Position numbers and translations under genes: made by a program
Assembly (NCBI GenBank): GCA_959600635.1
Contig: CAUGMN010000003.1
Coordinates: 6,527 to 70,526 of the forward strand
DNA: 64,000 bases
Reading direction: 5' to 3'
From: an uncultured Eubacteriales bacterium
Lineage (GTDB): Bacteria; Bacillota; Clostridia; Oscillospirales; QAMX01
Part shown: positions 35,596 to 44,586 of the stretch, piece by piece
How the letters are laid out: every line of letters starts with the position of its first letter
Position numbering within the stretch: position 1 is the stretch's first letter
The notes under the pieces: model-generated
Told to the model about the DNA's origin: nothing
Seen by the model: only the letters and a program-made list of their open reading frames with translations
Database searches by the model: none

Positions 35596-35682
35596 ATAGA
35601 AAATCAGCCGCCCGCCTCTGCCGGACGGCGTTTGTTCGGCTGAAAAAACAGCTCCTTCCAATTTGAAAACAGGAGAATCATT

Positions 35683-36312
35683 ATGCTCAAAACCGACAAA
35701 ACCTGCGTTATGAATCTGGACAACGCCATCCGCGGGGCGCGAAACCCCATGAACTCATGGGCGAAATCCGACAGCGGCTACGACAGCAGGGGCAACTTCG
35801 TCCTCGGCGATGCGGATCTCGCCCTCGCCGTCAAGCTCTGCACGGCGGGCAGCGACCACCGCAAATTCATCCGGCAAATCTTTGTCTCCGTCGATATCAC
35901 CGCGCCGCTGTACTGGTGGAAAGAGTTCGACACCTATAAGGTCGGCACCGTCGCCAACTCCACGAGCACGATGCACCGTATCCACGCCAAGCCCATCGAG
36001 CTGTCGGATTTCAGCACCGATCAGATGACCGGAGAAAGCCTGACGCGCTTCGAGGGCTATATCGCCTACCTCGAACAGCTTCGCCGCCGCTATACCGAGA
36101 GCGGCGACCGCATCTGGTGGGACGATCTGATTCAGCTGCTGCCGTCGAGCTACAACCAGCTCCGCACGGTGACGATGAACTATGAAAACCTGCGCAATAT
36201 GTACCATTCGAGAAGCCGCCACAAGCTCGCCGAGTGGCATGTGCTCTGTGACTGGATCGCCTCGCTGCCCTATGCGGCCGAGCTGATCATCGGCGCGGCC
36301 CGGCCTCAGTAG
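35683..36312 (+). CDS. ThyX-fold (flavin-dependent thymidylate synthase-like) protein lacking the RHR motif
   Basis: Aligns by eye to ThyX: GSDHRKFIRQIFVSVDITAPLYWWKEF vs [26 protein letters not shown], and LLPSSYNQLRTVTMNYENLRNMYHSRSRHKLAEW vs [33 protein letters not shown]. RHRxxxxxxxS is replaced by DTYKVGTVANS. Confidence 0.6.
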   Translation: MLKTDKTCVMNLDNAIRGARNPMNSWAKSDSGYDSRGNFVLGDADLALAVKLCTAGSDHRKFIRQIFVSVDITAPLYWWKEFDTYKVGTVANSTSTMHRIHAKPIELSDFSTDQMTGESLTRFEGYIAYLEQLRRRYTESGDRIWWDDLIQLLPSSYNQLRTVTMNYENLRNMYHSRSRHKLAEWHVLCDWIASLPYAAELIIGAARPQ

Positions 36313-36414
36313 ACATGCAGGCAGCCGCCGCATGAGCCGGCGATCTTTCAAACTATATTCCATCTATATCCCGTGGGAAAATTCTGACAGACAGACAAGA
36401 AGGCTTATACAACC

Positions 36415-37095
36415 ATGTATCTTTTCGACGTACACACGCATACCTCCGAGGTCAGCCCCTGCGGCGTCCTCACCGCCGAAGAAACCGTAGAGGTCTACTG
36501 CGGGCTGGGCTACGACGGCATCTGCGTCACCGACCATTTTAACGCTCATTCGCTGGCTCGGCTCGGCAAATCCACCTGGGAGGAAACGGTCGAGGCTTTC
36601 GTCTCCGGCTACCGGCTGGCCGAGGCGGCGGGCCGCAGGAAGGGACTCACCGTGCTCTTCGGCGCGGAGATGAAGGTCTGCGACTACGCCAACAACGAAT
36701 ATCTGGTTTACGGCATCACGCCGGAGTTTCTGGCCGCGCACCCGCGCCTCTACGAGCGGACGCTGGCCGAGCTCTCCGCGCTCGTCCGCGCGGCCGGCGG
36801 CATGATCTTTCAGGCGCACCCGTTCCGCTCCGGCATGGAGCTTTCGCCCGCCGCGCTGCTCGACGGGATCGAGGCCTATAACGGCAACCCGCGCCACAAT
36901 TCCGTCAACGACGTCGCCATCGCCGCCGCCAAAAGGGAGGGCTATTTCATGCTCTCCGGCTCCGACTCGCATCAGACCGGCGACGCCGGCCACGGCGGCA
37001 TGGCGCTGTATACGCTGCCGCGCACGGCAGACGAGCTGCTCTCTGCCATCCGCTCCAACCGCTACGCGATCCTCGCCTCGCCGGACAAGATGTGA
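36415..37095 (+). CDS. PHP-domain phosphoesterase
   Basis: MYLFDVHTHTSEVSPCG, ICVTDHFN, QAHPFR and SGSDSH metal-ligand motifs. Confidence 0.8.
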   Translation: MYLFDVHTHTSEVSPCGVLTAEETVEVYCGLGYDGICVTDHFNAHSLARLGKSTWEETVEAFVSGYRLAEAAGRRKGLTVLFGAEMKVCDYANNEYLVYGITPEFLAAHPRLYERTLAELSALVRAAGGMIFQAHPFRSGMELSPAALLDGIEAYNGNPRHNSVNDVAIAAAKREGYFMLSGSDSHQTGDAGHGGMALYTLPRTADELLSAIRSNRYAILASPDKM

Positions 37096-37179
37096 GGCGG
37101 GTTTTGATTCTGAAAACCGCGCCCGCGTTTTTTTCGGCGGGCGATATTTGTTCACCAAACAAAAAGGAGGCAATCCTTT

Positions 37180-38178
37180 ATGATTCTCGTTACCGGAGGG
37201 GCCGGCTACATCGGCAGCCACTGCGTGAGAGAGCTGCTTGCGCAGGGCTTTGAGGTCGCCGTCGTCGATAACCTTCAAACCGGCCACCGCGCCGCCGTGG
37301 ATCCGCGGGCGCGCTTTTTCGAGGGCGATATCCGCGACAAAGCGTTTTTGGACGAGGCGTTCGCCGCCGTCAAACCCGAGGCCGTGATTCATTTTGCCGC
37401 GTTTTCACTCGTCGGCGTTTCCATGCAGCAGCCGCTGGCCTATTACAACAACAACGTCCACGGTTCGGAGACGCTGCTGACCGCCATGCAGGAGCACGGC
37501 GTCAAAAAAATCGTCTTTTCCTCGACTGCGGCCGTCTACGGAGAGGCGAAAAGCGAGAAAATCTCCGAAACCTGTCCGACCGAGCCGACCAACACCTACG
37601 GCGAGACAAAGCTCGCCATCGAAAAAATGATGAAATGGTGCGATTTGGCCTACGGGATCAAATATATCGCCCTGCGCTATTTCAACGTCGCCGGCGCCGA
37701 CGCTTCCGGCGAAATCGGCGAGGATCACAGCCCCGAAACGCATCTGATCCCGATTATTTTGCAGGTTCCGCTCGGCCGCCGGCCGCAGCTCTCCGTCTTC
37801 GGCGACGACTACGACACGCCCGACGGCACCTGTATCCGCGACTATATCCACGTCTCCGACCTCGCCCGCGCCCATGTTCTGGCGCTGCGCCGTCTGCTCG
37901 GCGGCGCGGAGAGCGACGTATACAACCTCGGCAACGGCAGCGGCTTTTCCGTATTTGAAATGCTCGAAGCGGCGCGGCGCGTCACCGGACACCCGATTCC
38001 GGCCGTTGTCGAGAGCCGCCGCGCCGGAGATCCGGCCCGGCTCGTCGCCTCGTCGGACAAGGCGCGCGCCGTCCTCGGCTGGGCGCCGGAGTACGCTTCG
38101 GTCGAGCAGATCATCGCCGACGCATGGCGCTGGCACAAGGCTCACCCGCAGGGCTACGGCGGAGGCGCGCGGCAATGA
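37180..38178 (+). CDS. galE: UDP-glucose 4-epimerase
   Basis: MILVTGGAGYIGSH Rossmann motif, YGETK catalytic motif, 332 aa. Confidence 0.93.
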   Translation: MILVTGGAGYIGSHCVRELLAQGFEVAVVDNLQTGHRAAVDPRARFFEGDIRDKAFLDEAFAAVKPEAVIHFAAFSLVGVSMQQPLAYYNNNVHGSETLLTAMQEHGVKKIVFSSTAAVYGEAKSEKISETCPTEPTNTYGETKLAIEKMMKWCDLAYGIKYIALRYFNVAGADASGEIGEDHSPETHLIPIILQVPLGRRPQLSVFGDDYDTPDGTCIRDYIHVSDLARAHVLALRRLLGGAESDVYNLGNGSGFSVFEMLEAARRVTGHPIPAVVESRRAGDPARLVASSDKARAVLGWAPEYASVEQIIADAWRWHKAHPQGYGGGARQ

Positions 38179-39689
38179 ACGACCAGAAGATCAATTTAAG
38201 CCTCGAAATCGGCCGCCTCGTGCAGTTCGCGCTGCAAAACGGGCTGATCGAAGCCGCGGACGTCCCGTATGCGAAAAACCGCCTGCTGGCGCTGCTGCAC
38301 GTTGACGTTCTCGACCCGTGCGACGTGCCGGAAGAGCGCCTCGACTCGCCCGCTCCGATTCTGGAACGGCTGCTCTCTTTCGCCTATCAAAACGGCACGC
38401 TCGAATCCAACGCCGCTTACAGCCGCGACATCTTCGACACCGAGCTGATGGCGGCGCTGACGCCGCGCCCCAGCGAGGTCATCCGCCGCTTTCATGAGCT
38501 TTACGCCGTCTCCCCCGAGGCGGCGACGGACTGGTATTATCATTTTTCCCGCGCCACCAACTATATCCGCACCGACCGCGTCGCGCGCGATTTGAAATGG
38601 CGCTACCGCTCGCAGTACGGCGATCTCGTCATCACCATCAACCTCTCCAAGCCGGAAAAGGATCCGACGCTCATCGCGCTTCTCAAAAAACAGAAAGACG
38701 CGGTCTATCCGCGCTGCGCGCTCTGCTTTGAAAACGAGGGCTACCGCGGCACGGCGCAGAACGCCGCGCGCGGCAACCACCGCATCATCCCCATCGCCCT
38801 GAACGGCGAGGACTGGTATATGCAGTATTCGCCCTACGTCTACTACAACGAGCACTGTATCGCGCTCAATAAGCGTCACGTTCCCATGAAGATCGACGGC
38901 GCGACTTTCCGGCGTCTGCTCGATTTTACCGACCGGTTTCCGCATTATTTCTTAGGCTCCAACTCCGACCTGCCCATTGTCGGCGGCTCGATCATGGCGC
39001 ACGACCATTTTCAGGGCGGCCGCTTCACCTTTCCCATGGAGCTCGCGCCCGACGATTTTCGTTTTACCGTCGCGGGCTTTCCCGGCATCGCCTGCTCGGC
39101 TATCAAATGGCCGCTGTCGGTCATCCGCATCCGCGGCGGCGACCGCGAGCGGCTCGCGGAGCTTGCGGAGCACATCCTTGCCGCGTGGCGCGCGTATTCC
39201 GATGAAAGCGTCGGCGTGCTCGCCGAAAGCGGCGGAGAGCCGCACAATACCATCACGCCGATCGCGCGGCGGCGCGGCGCGGAATACGAGCTCGACCTCG
39301 CGCTGCGCAACAACCGCACCAGCGAGGAGCACCCGTTCGGGATTTTCCACCCGCACATTGAGCACCACCATATCAAAAAAGAAAACATCGGCCTGATCGA
39401 GGTCATGGGGCTGGCGGTTCTGCCGCCGCGCCTCAAAGACGAGCTCGGCGTCATCCGCGCCTGCCTGCTCGGCGACCGCGAGGCGTTTTACGCGGACGAA
39501 ACCATGGACAAGCACTGCGACTGGTACCGCGCGCTCTGCGAGCGCACCGACGTCACCGAGGAAAACGTGGACGAGATCCTGCGCGGCGAGGTCGGGCGGA
39601 TTTTCACCTGTGTGCTCGAAAACGCCGGAGTGTTCAAGCGCGACGCGGACGGCCGCGCCGCCTTCCGCCGTTTTGCGGAGTCGCTGTAA
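38175..39689 (+). CDS. galT: UDP-glucose--hexose-1-phosphate uridylyltransferase (Firmicutes long type)
   Basis: ~504 aa. ATGA overlap with the galE stop. YPRCALCFENEGY and GGSIMAHDHFQGG motifs typical of type-2 GalT. Confidence 0.88.
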   Translation: MNDQKINLSLEIGRLVQFALQNGLIEAADVPYAKNRLLALLHVDVLDPCDVPEERLDSPAPILERLLSFAYQNGTLESNAAYSRDIFDTELMAALTPRPSEVIRRFHELYAVSPEAATDWYYHFSRATNYIRTDRVARDLKWRYRSQYGDLVITINLSKPEKDPTLIALLKKQKDAVYPRCALCFENEGYRGTAQNAARGNHRIIPIALNGEDWYMQYSPYVYYNEHCIALNKRHVPMKIDGATFRRLLDFTDRFPHYFLGSNSDLPIVGGSIMAHDHFQGGRFTFPMELAPDDFRFTVAGFPGIACSAIKWPLSVIRIRGGDRERLAELAEHILAAWRAYSDESVGVLAESGGEPHNTITPIARRRGAEYELDLALRNNRTSEEHPFGIFHPHIEHHHIKKENIGLIEVMGLAVLPPRLKDELGVIRACLLGDREAFYADETMDKHCDWYRALCERTDVTEENVDEILRGEVGRIFTCVLENAGVFKRDADGRAAFRRFAESL

Positions 39690-39706
39690 AATTTTATCGT
39701 TATCAT

Positions 39707-39740
39707 AACAGGTTCGGATTTAAAAATCCGAACCTGTTTC
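39707..39740 (+). terminator. stem-loop after galT (weak terminator)
   Basis: AACAGGTTCGGATTT / AAATCCGAACCTGTT, followed by only a short T-run. Confidence 0.45.
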
Positions 39741-39817
39741 GGCAGAGGCAGGCGGCGAAAGCGCGCTGCGCGCATCTGCGCAAAGAGATATAAGACGTAT
39801 AAAAGGAGGAAGTTCCC

Positions 39818-41836
39818 ATGAGCGTTTCCCAGCCCCGCCCGTTTCGGGGCAGCCGGTGGTTCAAGGGCAACCTGCACGCGCATACCGAGCTGTCCGACGG
39901 CGCTTTGAGCCCTGCCCGCGTCGTGGAAATCTACAAAAAGCACAACTATGACTTTCTCGCCGTCACCGACCACGATCTGTACGACGCCTGTCCCGAGCTG
40001 TCGGATGAGGACTTTCTGATTCTCCCCGGCGGCGAATTCGCCATCAACAATCTGCGCGGCGAACGGACGCCGCAGCGGCCCGAGCACAGCTTTGACATCG
40101 TCTTCTATCTCAAAGACCCCGATTTTCCCAATCGCCTGCCGGCAGGCTATCGTTTCCGCGACCCGCGCGGCTCCGAGGGCTTTGACGCGCGCCTGCGGGA
40201 GCACCGGCGCTTTGCCGATGAGACCGGCAATTTCTGCGTCCTCGCGCACCCGTCCGGCAGCGGTCACTTTGAGGTCACGCCGTCGTATGCGCCCGTGTTC
40301 GGCGCCATCGAGGTCTATAACCACTCCGCCGAGGTGAGCGGCGGCCGCGGCAGCAGCGAGCACCAGTGGGATTATCTGCTGCGGCAGGGACACAGAATCT
40401 GGGGAATCGCCTCCGACGACGCGCATTTTAAAGACGCGGACGGCTGCGGCGGATGGATTATGGTCTCATGCGACCGGCTGGATACCAAAAGCGTGATGTC
40501 GGCCATTGAGGCGGGCAGCTTTTACGCCACGACCGGGCCGCAGATCTTTGAGCTGTACGAGGAAAACGGCGAGATCGTCGTCAAATGCTCGCCTTGCAGC
40601 GAGATCCGCTTTGTCCAGTTTGAACACCGCGGCAAAGCCTTTCACAGCGGCGGCGGAGAAGAGCTGACCGAGGCGCGCTTCGCCTATGACGAGGGCGCCA
40701 AATACGTCCGCGTCGAGTGTATCCGCGCCGACGGCCGCAAGGCATGGTCGAACCCGTTTTTCGTCTGCGGCGAGGCGGCGGCCGACCCGCAGTTCACAGA
40801 ACGCACCGACCCCGCGCGCGAGGCGCCCGCCGCGCTCTGCTCAGGCGTCGCCGTGCGGACGGCGGGCGGGGCATACCTTGGGAACCCAACGCCGCTTCAT
40901 AACGGCGGCAAGCGCTTCAAGGGCAACCTCCACGCGCACACGACAAATTCCGACGGCGACACGCCGCCGGATCAGCTTGCCGAGCTCTACCGCAAAAACG
41001 GCTACGCGTTTTTGGCCATCACCGACCACCAGCGCTATACTAACACCACAGCCTTTAACCGCGACGGCTTTATCACCCTGCCGGGCGCGGAGCTGAGCTT
41101 CGGCTGCGGCAGCTTTGACCGCGCGGCGGATGAGACGGCGCGGCAGTACACCTACCACATCAACGGCGTCGCCTATACCGACAGCGGCCTTTTGCCCGAC
41201 GGCTATCTCTTTGAACGGCCGGGCTGGTCGCCGGAGTGGCTGGAAAAGCCGCTGCGCGGCCGTGTGCAGGAGGCGATTGACTTTTTGGCGGCGCACGGGA
41301 ACCTCGTGATGTTCAACCATCCGAACTGGTCGCGCAACCGCGAGAGCGACGTCTTCGGTTACGAGGGCCTGTTCGCCATGGAAATCTACAACCACCTCTG
41401 CGAACACAGCCGCGGCAACGGCTATTCGCAGCATTTTTACAGCTTCTGCCTCCGGAACCATATGCCGCTGTTCTGCACGGCCACCGACGACACGCATAAG
41501 CGCGCCGCCGCCTGCGGCGGCTGGGTCGTCGTCGACGCCGATTCGCTCTCGCGCGCATCCATCGGCGACGCGCTGCGCCGCGGCTGCTTCTACGCCTCAA
41601 ACGGCCCCGAGATCCACGACTGGCGTTTGGATCCCGACGGCTTTGTCCGTCTCGAATGCAGCGGCGCGCGCAGCATTCGTTTTTGGTCAAACGGCCTCGG
41701 CTGCGCGCGCTTTGCCGACGACGACATCCCCCTCACCGGCGCGAAGCTGCGGGCCGAGCCGGGCGCGCTCGTCTGCGCCGAGGTCGCCGGCTTTGATAAC
41801 ACCTTCGCGTGGACCAATCCCATCCGCGTTCGCTGA
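39818..41836 (+). CDS. tandem double PHP-domain metallohydrolase (CehA/McbA-like)
   Basis: Two homologous halves, each opening with FKGNLHAHTxxSDG...(Y)DFLAVTDHD / YAFLAITDHQ; AGGAGGAAG RBS. Confidence 0.8.
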   Translation: MSVSQPRPFRGSRWFKGNLHAHTELSDGALSPARVVEIYKKHNYDFLAVTDHDLYDACPELSDEDFLILPGGEFAINNLRGERTPQRPEHSFDIVFYLKDPDFPNRLPAGYRFRDPRGSEGFDARLREHRRFADETGNFCVLAHPSGSGHFEVTPSYAPVFGAIEVYNHSAEVSGGRGSSEHQWDYLLRQGHRIWGIASDDAHFKDADGCGGWIMVSCDRLDTKSVMSAIEAGSFYATTGPQIFELYEENGEIVVKCSPCSEIRFVQFEHRGKAFHSGGGEELTEARFAYDEGAKYVRVECIRADGRKAWSNPFFVCGEAAADPQFTERTDPAREAPAALCSGVAVRTAGGAYLGNPTPLHNGGKRFKGNLHAHTTNSDGDTPPDQLAELYRKNGYAFLAITDHQRYTNTTAFNRDGFITLPGAELSFGCGSFDRAADETARQYTYHINGVAYTDSGLLPDGYLFERPGWSPEWLEKPLRGRVQEAIDFLAAHGNLVMFNHPNWSRNRESDVFGYEGLFAMEIYNHLCEHSRGNGYSQHFYSFCLRNHMPLFCTATDDTHKRAAACGGWVVVDADSLSRASIGDALRRGCFYASNGPEIHDWRLDPDGFVRLECSGARSIRFWSNGLGCARFADDDIPLTGAKLRAEPGALVCAEVAGFDNTFAWTNPIRVR

Positions 41837-42074
41837 GCGGCGCGCTCCGGTTGTTTGAATCCGTCAGGCGGCCAATCAATCCGGCGGAGCAGGCGGCGCA
41901 TGAAACGCTCCGAAGCCGTAAAGCGGTTTCGTGACGGCGGCATGCGGCCTGTTTTCCATGCAACTCCGCGCTTCGAATGATCGTATTCGCTTGTTATCAA
42001 TAAAATAGTTTTACAAAATAACTTATCAAAAAGATTGAAGGGCGCACTTCTATACACCCTTCGGCGTATCGTGC

Positions 42075-42265
42075 GGTGTGCTGTTTGGCAGCGCACCAAA
42101 GCCTCCCTCTGATGAGGGAGGTGGCAAAAATCTTTGATTTTTGACGGAGGGAGAGAAAATAAAGGACTACCACAAAGCGAATATTCCGCTTGCAAAAACG
42201 TTGCGGTGCAGGAATCTCTCCCTCAGTCAGCTTCGCTGACAGCTCCCTCATCAGAGGGAGCCGCG
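42075..42265. repeat. highly structured intergenic element (nested palindromes), probably a member of a dispersed repeat family
   Basis: CCTCCCTCTGATGAGGGAGG at 42102 and its inverse GCTCCCTCATCAGAGGGAGC at 42242, plus GTCAGC-TTCG-GCTGAC and GGTGTGCTG/CAGCGCACC hairpins. Confidence 0.4.
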
Positions 42266-42289
42266 GTAGATTCCTATCAGCACAAATAA

Positions 42290-42325
42290 CAAACCCTCCC
42301 TATGGCCGAAACCATAGGGAGGGTT
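42290..42325 (-). terminator. terminator-like hairpin downstream of the binding-protein gene
   Basis: AAACCCTCCCTATGG / CCATAGGGAGGGTTT stem followed by GTTATTTGTG on the minus strand. A second hairpin lies at 42388-42417. Confidence 0.55.
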
Positions 42326-42459
42326 TACTGTCTTACGAACACCCGGCTAAATGGCGGGGCAATTTGAAACGCCGCCGAACAGATTATACGGCGCGGCAGT
42401 TTTTACTGCCGCGCCGTATTTTTAAAAACCGGTCTGCGAAACGTTTTCTATCGCGCCGT

Positions 42460-43902
42460 TTACTTGTTAAATGTGCCGTCGAGGATACTCTGCACCTGCG
42501 TCGAGACCGCCTCGGCCGCCTGCGCCGGCGTCAGCTCGCCCGCCTGAACCTTCCAGTAAACCTCGTTTTCGATCAGCGTTTCCATCTCGGCGCTCAGCTT
42601 ATAGGTCGCCAGACGGAGGTTGGGGAGGATATACTCGGTGAGCATTTCCATGTCCTCGTCGCTGCCGCGGAAGAAGTCTTCTTTCACCGGCTCGACCCAG
42701 TTGTCCTCGCTGTTCATGACCGCGCACCAGAGGCTTAAAATCGGGATGTTGACGTCGTAGTCGGCCTTGCCTGCGAAGATGATCATCTCGCTCGGCGAGG
42801 AGATCGCGTCGACGTAGCCCTCAACGTCGTCGCCCTTCGGCATCGGGATCAGGCCGTATTCAAATTCGCAGCCCTTGATGGTGTCGTTTTGGAGATAGAA
42901 ACCGGCCGCCCAGAGCATACCGACCTGTTCCTGCGCAAAGGCCGTTCTCGAATCGCCGGCGCCGCCGATCAGACGGTGGCCGGAATTAAAGACGTCGTAC
43001 ATAAATTGAAGGCCCTGAATGGAATTCGCCTCGTTGAGCGTATAGACCCATTTGCCGTCGCGCTCCTCAATCGCCGAGCCGCCCGCCAGCAAAACCTCCG
43101 AGCCGTACGGGTTCTTGCCGCCGCCGGCGGAGTAGACGTCCCACTGGCCGTCGCCGTCGTTGTCCTTGGCGATCTTGTCGGCGAGGTCTTTATAGGCCGT
43201 GAAGTTCCACTCGCCGTCGCGCACCATCTGGTACAGCGTTTCGGCCGGATAACCGGCGTTGGCGACCATATCTTTGTTAAAGAGGATGCCGTAGCCGAAT
43301 TCGGGGAGATCATACTTCGAGCAGCAGCGGATGCCCCACTGTTTGCCGGCGATGACCGACAGTCTCGACAGCGGGATGTTGACCAGCGCCGGATCGTCGA
43401 CGTCGAGACCGGCGGCCTTCATCTCCTCGGAATCGTAGTTGACAAGGTAATTCTGCACCGCGAGCGGGAAAAACTGCGCCGTCTTCATCTCAAAGACATC
43501 CCACGGCACGTCGCCGCCCATGACAACGGGCATGACGTTCTCAATCAGGTTGTCGGCCTGAACCACGTTGATGGTAAAGCCGTACTGCTCTTCGAGCGCG
43601 GCGTATTCGTCGAGCAGCTCGTCGTCGAGCGTGTTGACGCCCGCCGCTGGCATCCACTTCTCAACCCATTCCGCCGAAGCGCCCATGGTGAACTCATAGC
43701 CGTTGAAATTCAGCTCCGTGGTTTCCGGCGCGGGCGTTGTCTCCGCCGGCGTCGAATCCGCGGGGGCGGAACCCGTCCCGGAGGCGTCGGGCGTCGAATT
43801 CGACGTGCTCTGCGGGTCTTTCCCGTCGGAACAGCCTGCAAAAATCGCTGCCAAGAGGCAGAGAACGAGCAGGAAGCCAACCATGCGTTTTTTCTGCAAC
43901 AT
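42460..43902 (-). CDS. orphan ABC sugar-binding lipoprotein (family 1 SBP)
   Basis: Lipobox MLQKKRMVGFLLVLCLLAAIFAGC, S/T/P-rich linker, AAGGAG RBS. No permease or ATPase genes are adjacent. Confidence 0.85.
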   Translation of the reverse strand: MLQKKRMVGFLLVLCLLAAIFAGCSDGKDPQSTSNSTPDASGTGSAPADSTPAETTPAPETTELNFNGYEFTMGASAEWVEKWMPAAGVNTLDDELLDEYAALEEQYGFTINVVQADNLIENVMPVVMGGDVPWDVFEMKTAQFFPLAVQNYLVNYDSEEMKAAGLDVDDPALVNIPLSRLSVIAGKQWGIRCCSKYDLPEFGYGILFNKDMVANAGYPAETLYQMVRDGEWNFTAYKDLADKIAKDNDGDGQWDVYSAGGGKNPYGSEVLLAGGSAIEERDGKWVYTLNEANSIQGLQFMYDVFNSGHRLIGGAGDSRTAFAQEQVGMLWAAGFYLQNDTIKGCEFEYGLIPMPKGDDVEGYVDAISSPSEMIIFAGKADYDVNIPILSLWCAVMNSEDNWVEPVKEDFFRGSDEDMEMLTEYILPNLRLATYKLSAEMETLIENEVYWKVQAGELTPAQAAEAVSTQVQSILDGTFNK

Positions 43903-44446
43903 TTTGTCACACTCCTTTTTCTTTGTGGGCAGGCCATCTATATAGACGGAAACGCTCGTGAGGGACAAGGATTTCCGAATCTATCTGGAAGCCTCCGCGC
44001 TCGGAAAGCGGAAGCGCTTTCGTCGGATTCAACAAATACGGCAGCGCAACGGCAAAATATATTTTATATTATTATATAGCAATACCGCTGTTTGTCAAGG
44101 CCGATTTCATATAATTTATCAGCCGCCCAGATATGGCCTTCTTCGGGCATTCAGCGCATGTGCCAAGCCGGTTTTTGCCGCATGCAGCGGTCTTTTTGAG
44201 GCGGTTAAAGTTCTGCTCACCGTGTGCAGTAAGCCTTTGATTTCTATTAATCACCGTTTTTTTGAATCCATTCGATTTTTCTGAAAACATTTCTGTTTTC
44301 AAAACTCCTCAATGATAAAGGGCGTCTGCGGTCGCTTCGACCGTTTTTGGGGATTTCGTGTCCCGCTATTTCTTTTTTTCGGGCCTTTTTTCCGGTTTTT
44401 GTCCCTATCCGCCGCGGTTGATATATGAACGCCGCCGGATTCGGCG

Positions 44447-44491
44447 CAAAAGAAAGGGTATCCGCATATTTCCCATCAAAATGCGGATACC
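44447..44491 (-). terminator. rho-independent terminator after the Asp-box propeller gene
   Basis: GGTATCCGCAT / ATGCGGATACC stem followed by CTTTCTTTTG on the minus strand. Confidence 0.7.
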
Positions 44492-44586
44492 TTTCCAATT
44501 GATAGTATTATTTTTACAAGAACATATTTTTGATCAAGCCGATATCAGAGGCCGCCCCTTGTCCGGCTGGCCGCGTTCTCCGCGTG

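Noticed and set aside
44072-44302. 76-aa minus-strand ORF in the long gap upstream of the orphan SBP.
   Set aside because: The TTG start lies only 2 nt from the GAGGAG box, the internal ATG lies 13 nt from it, and the composition is low-complexity basic. It is kept only as a note within the gap finding.
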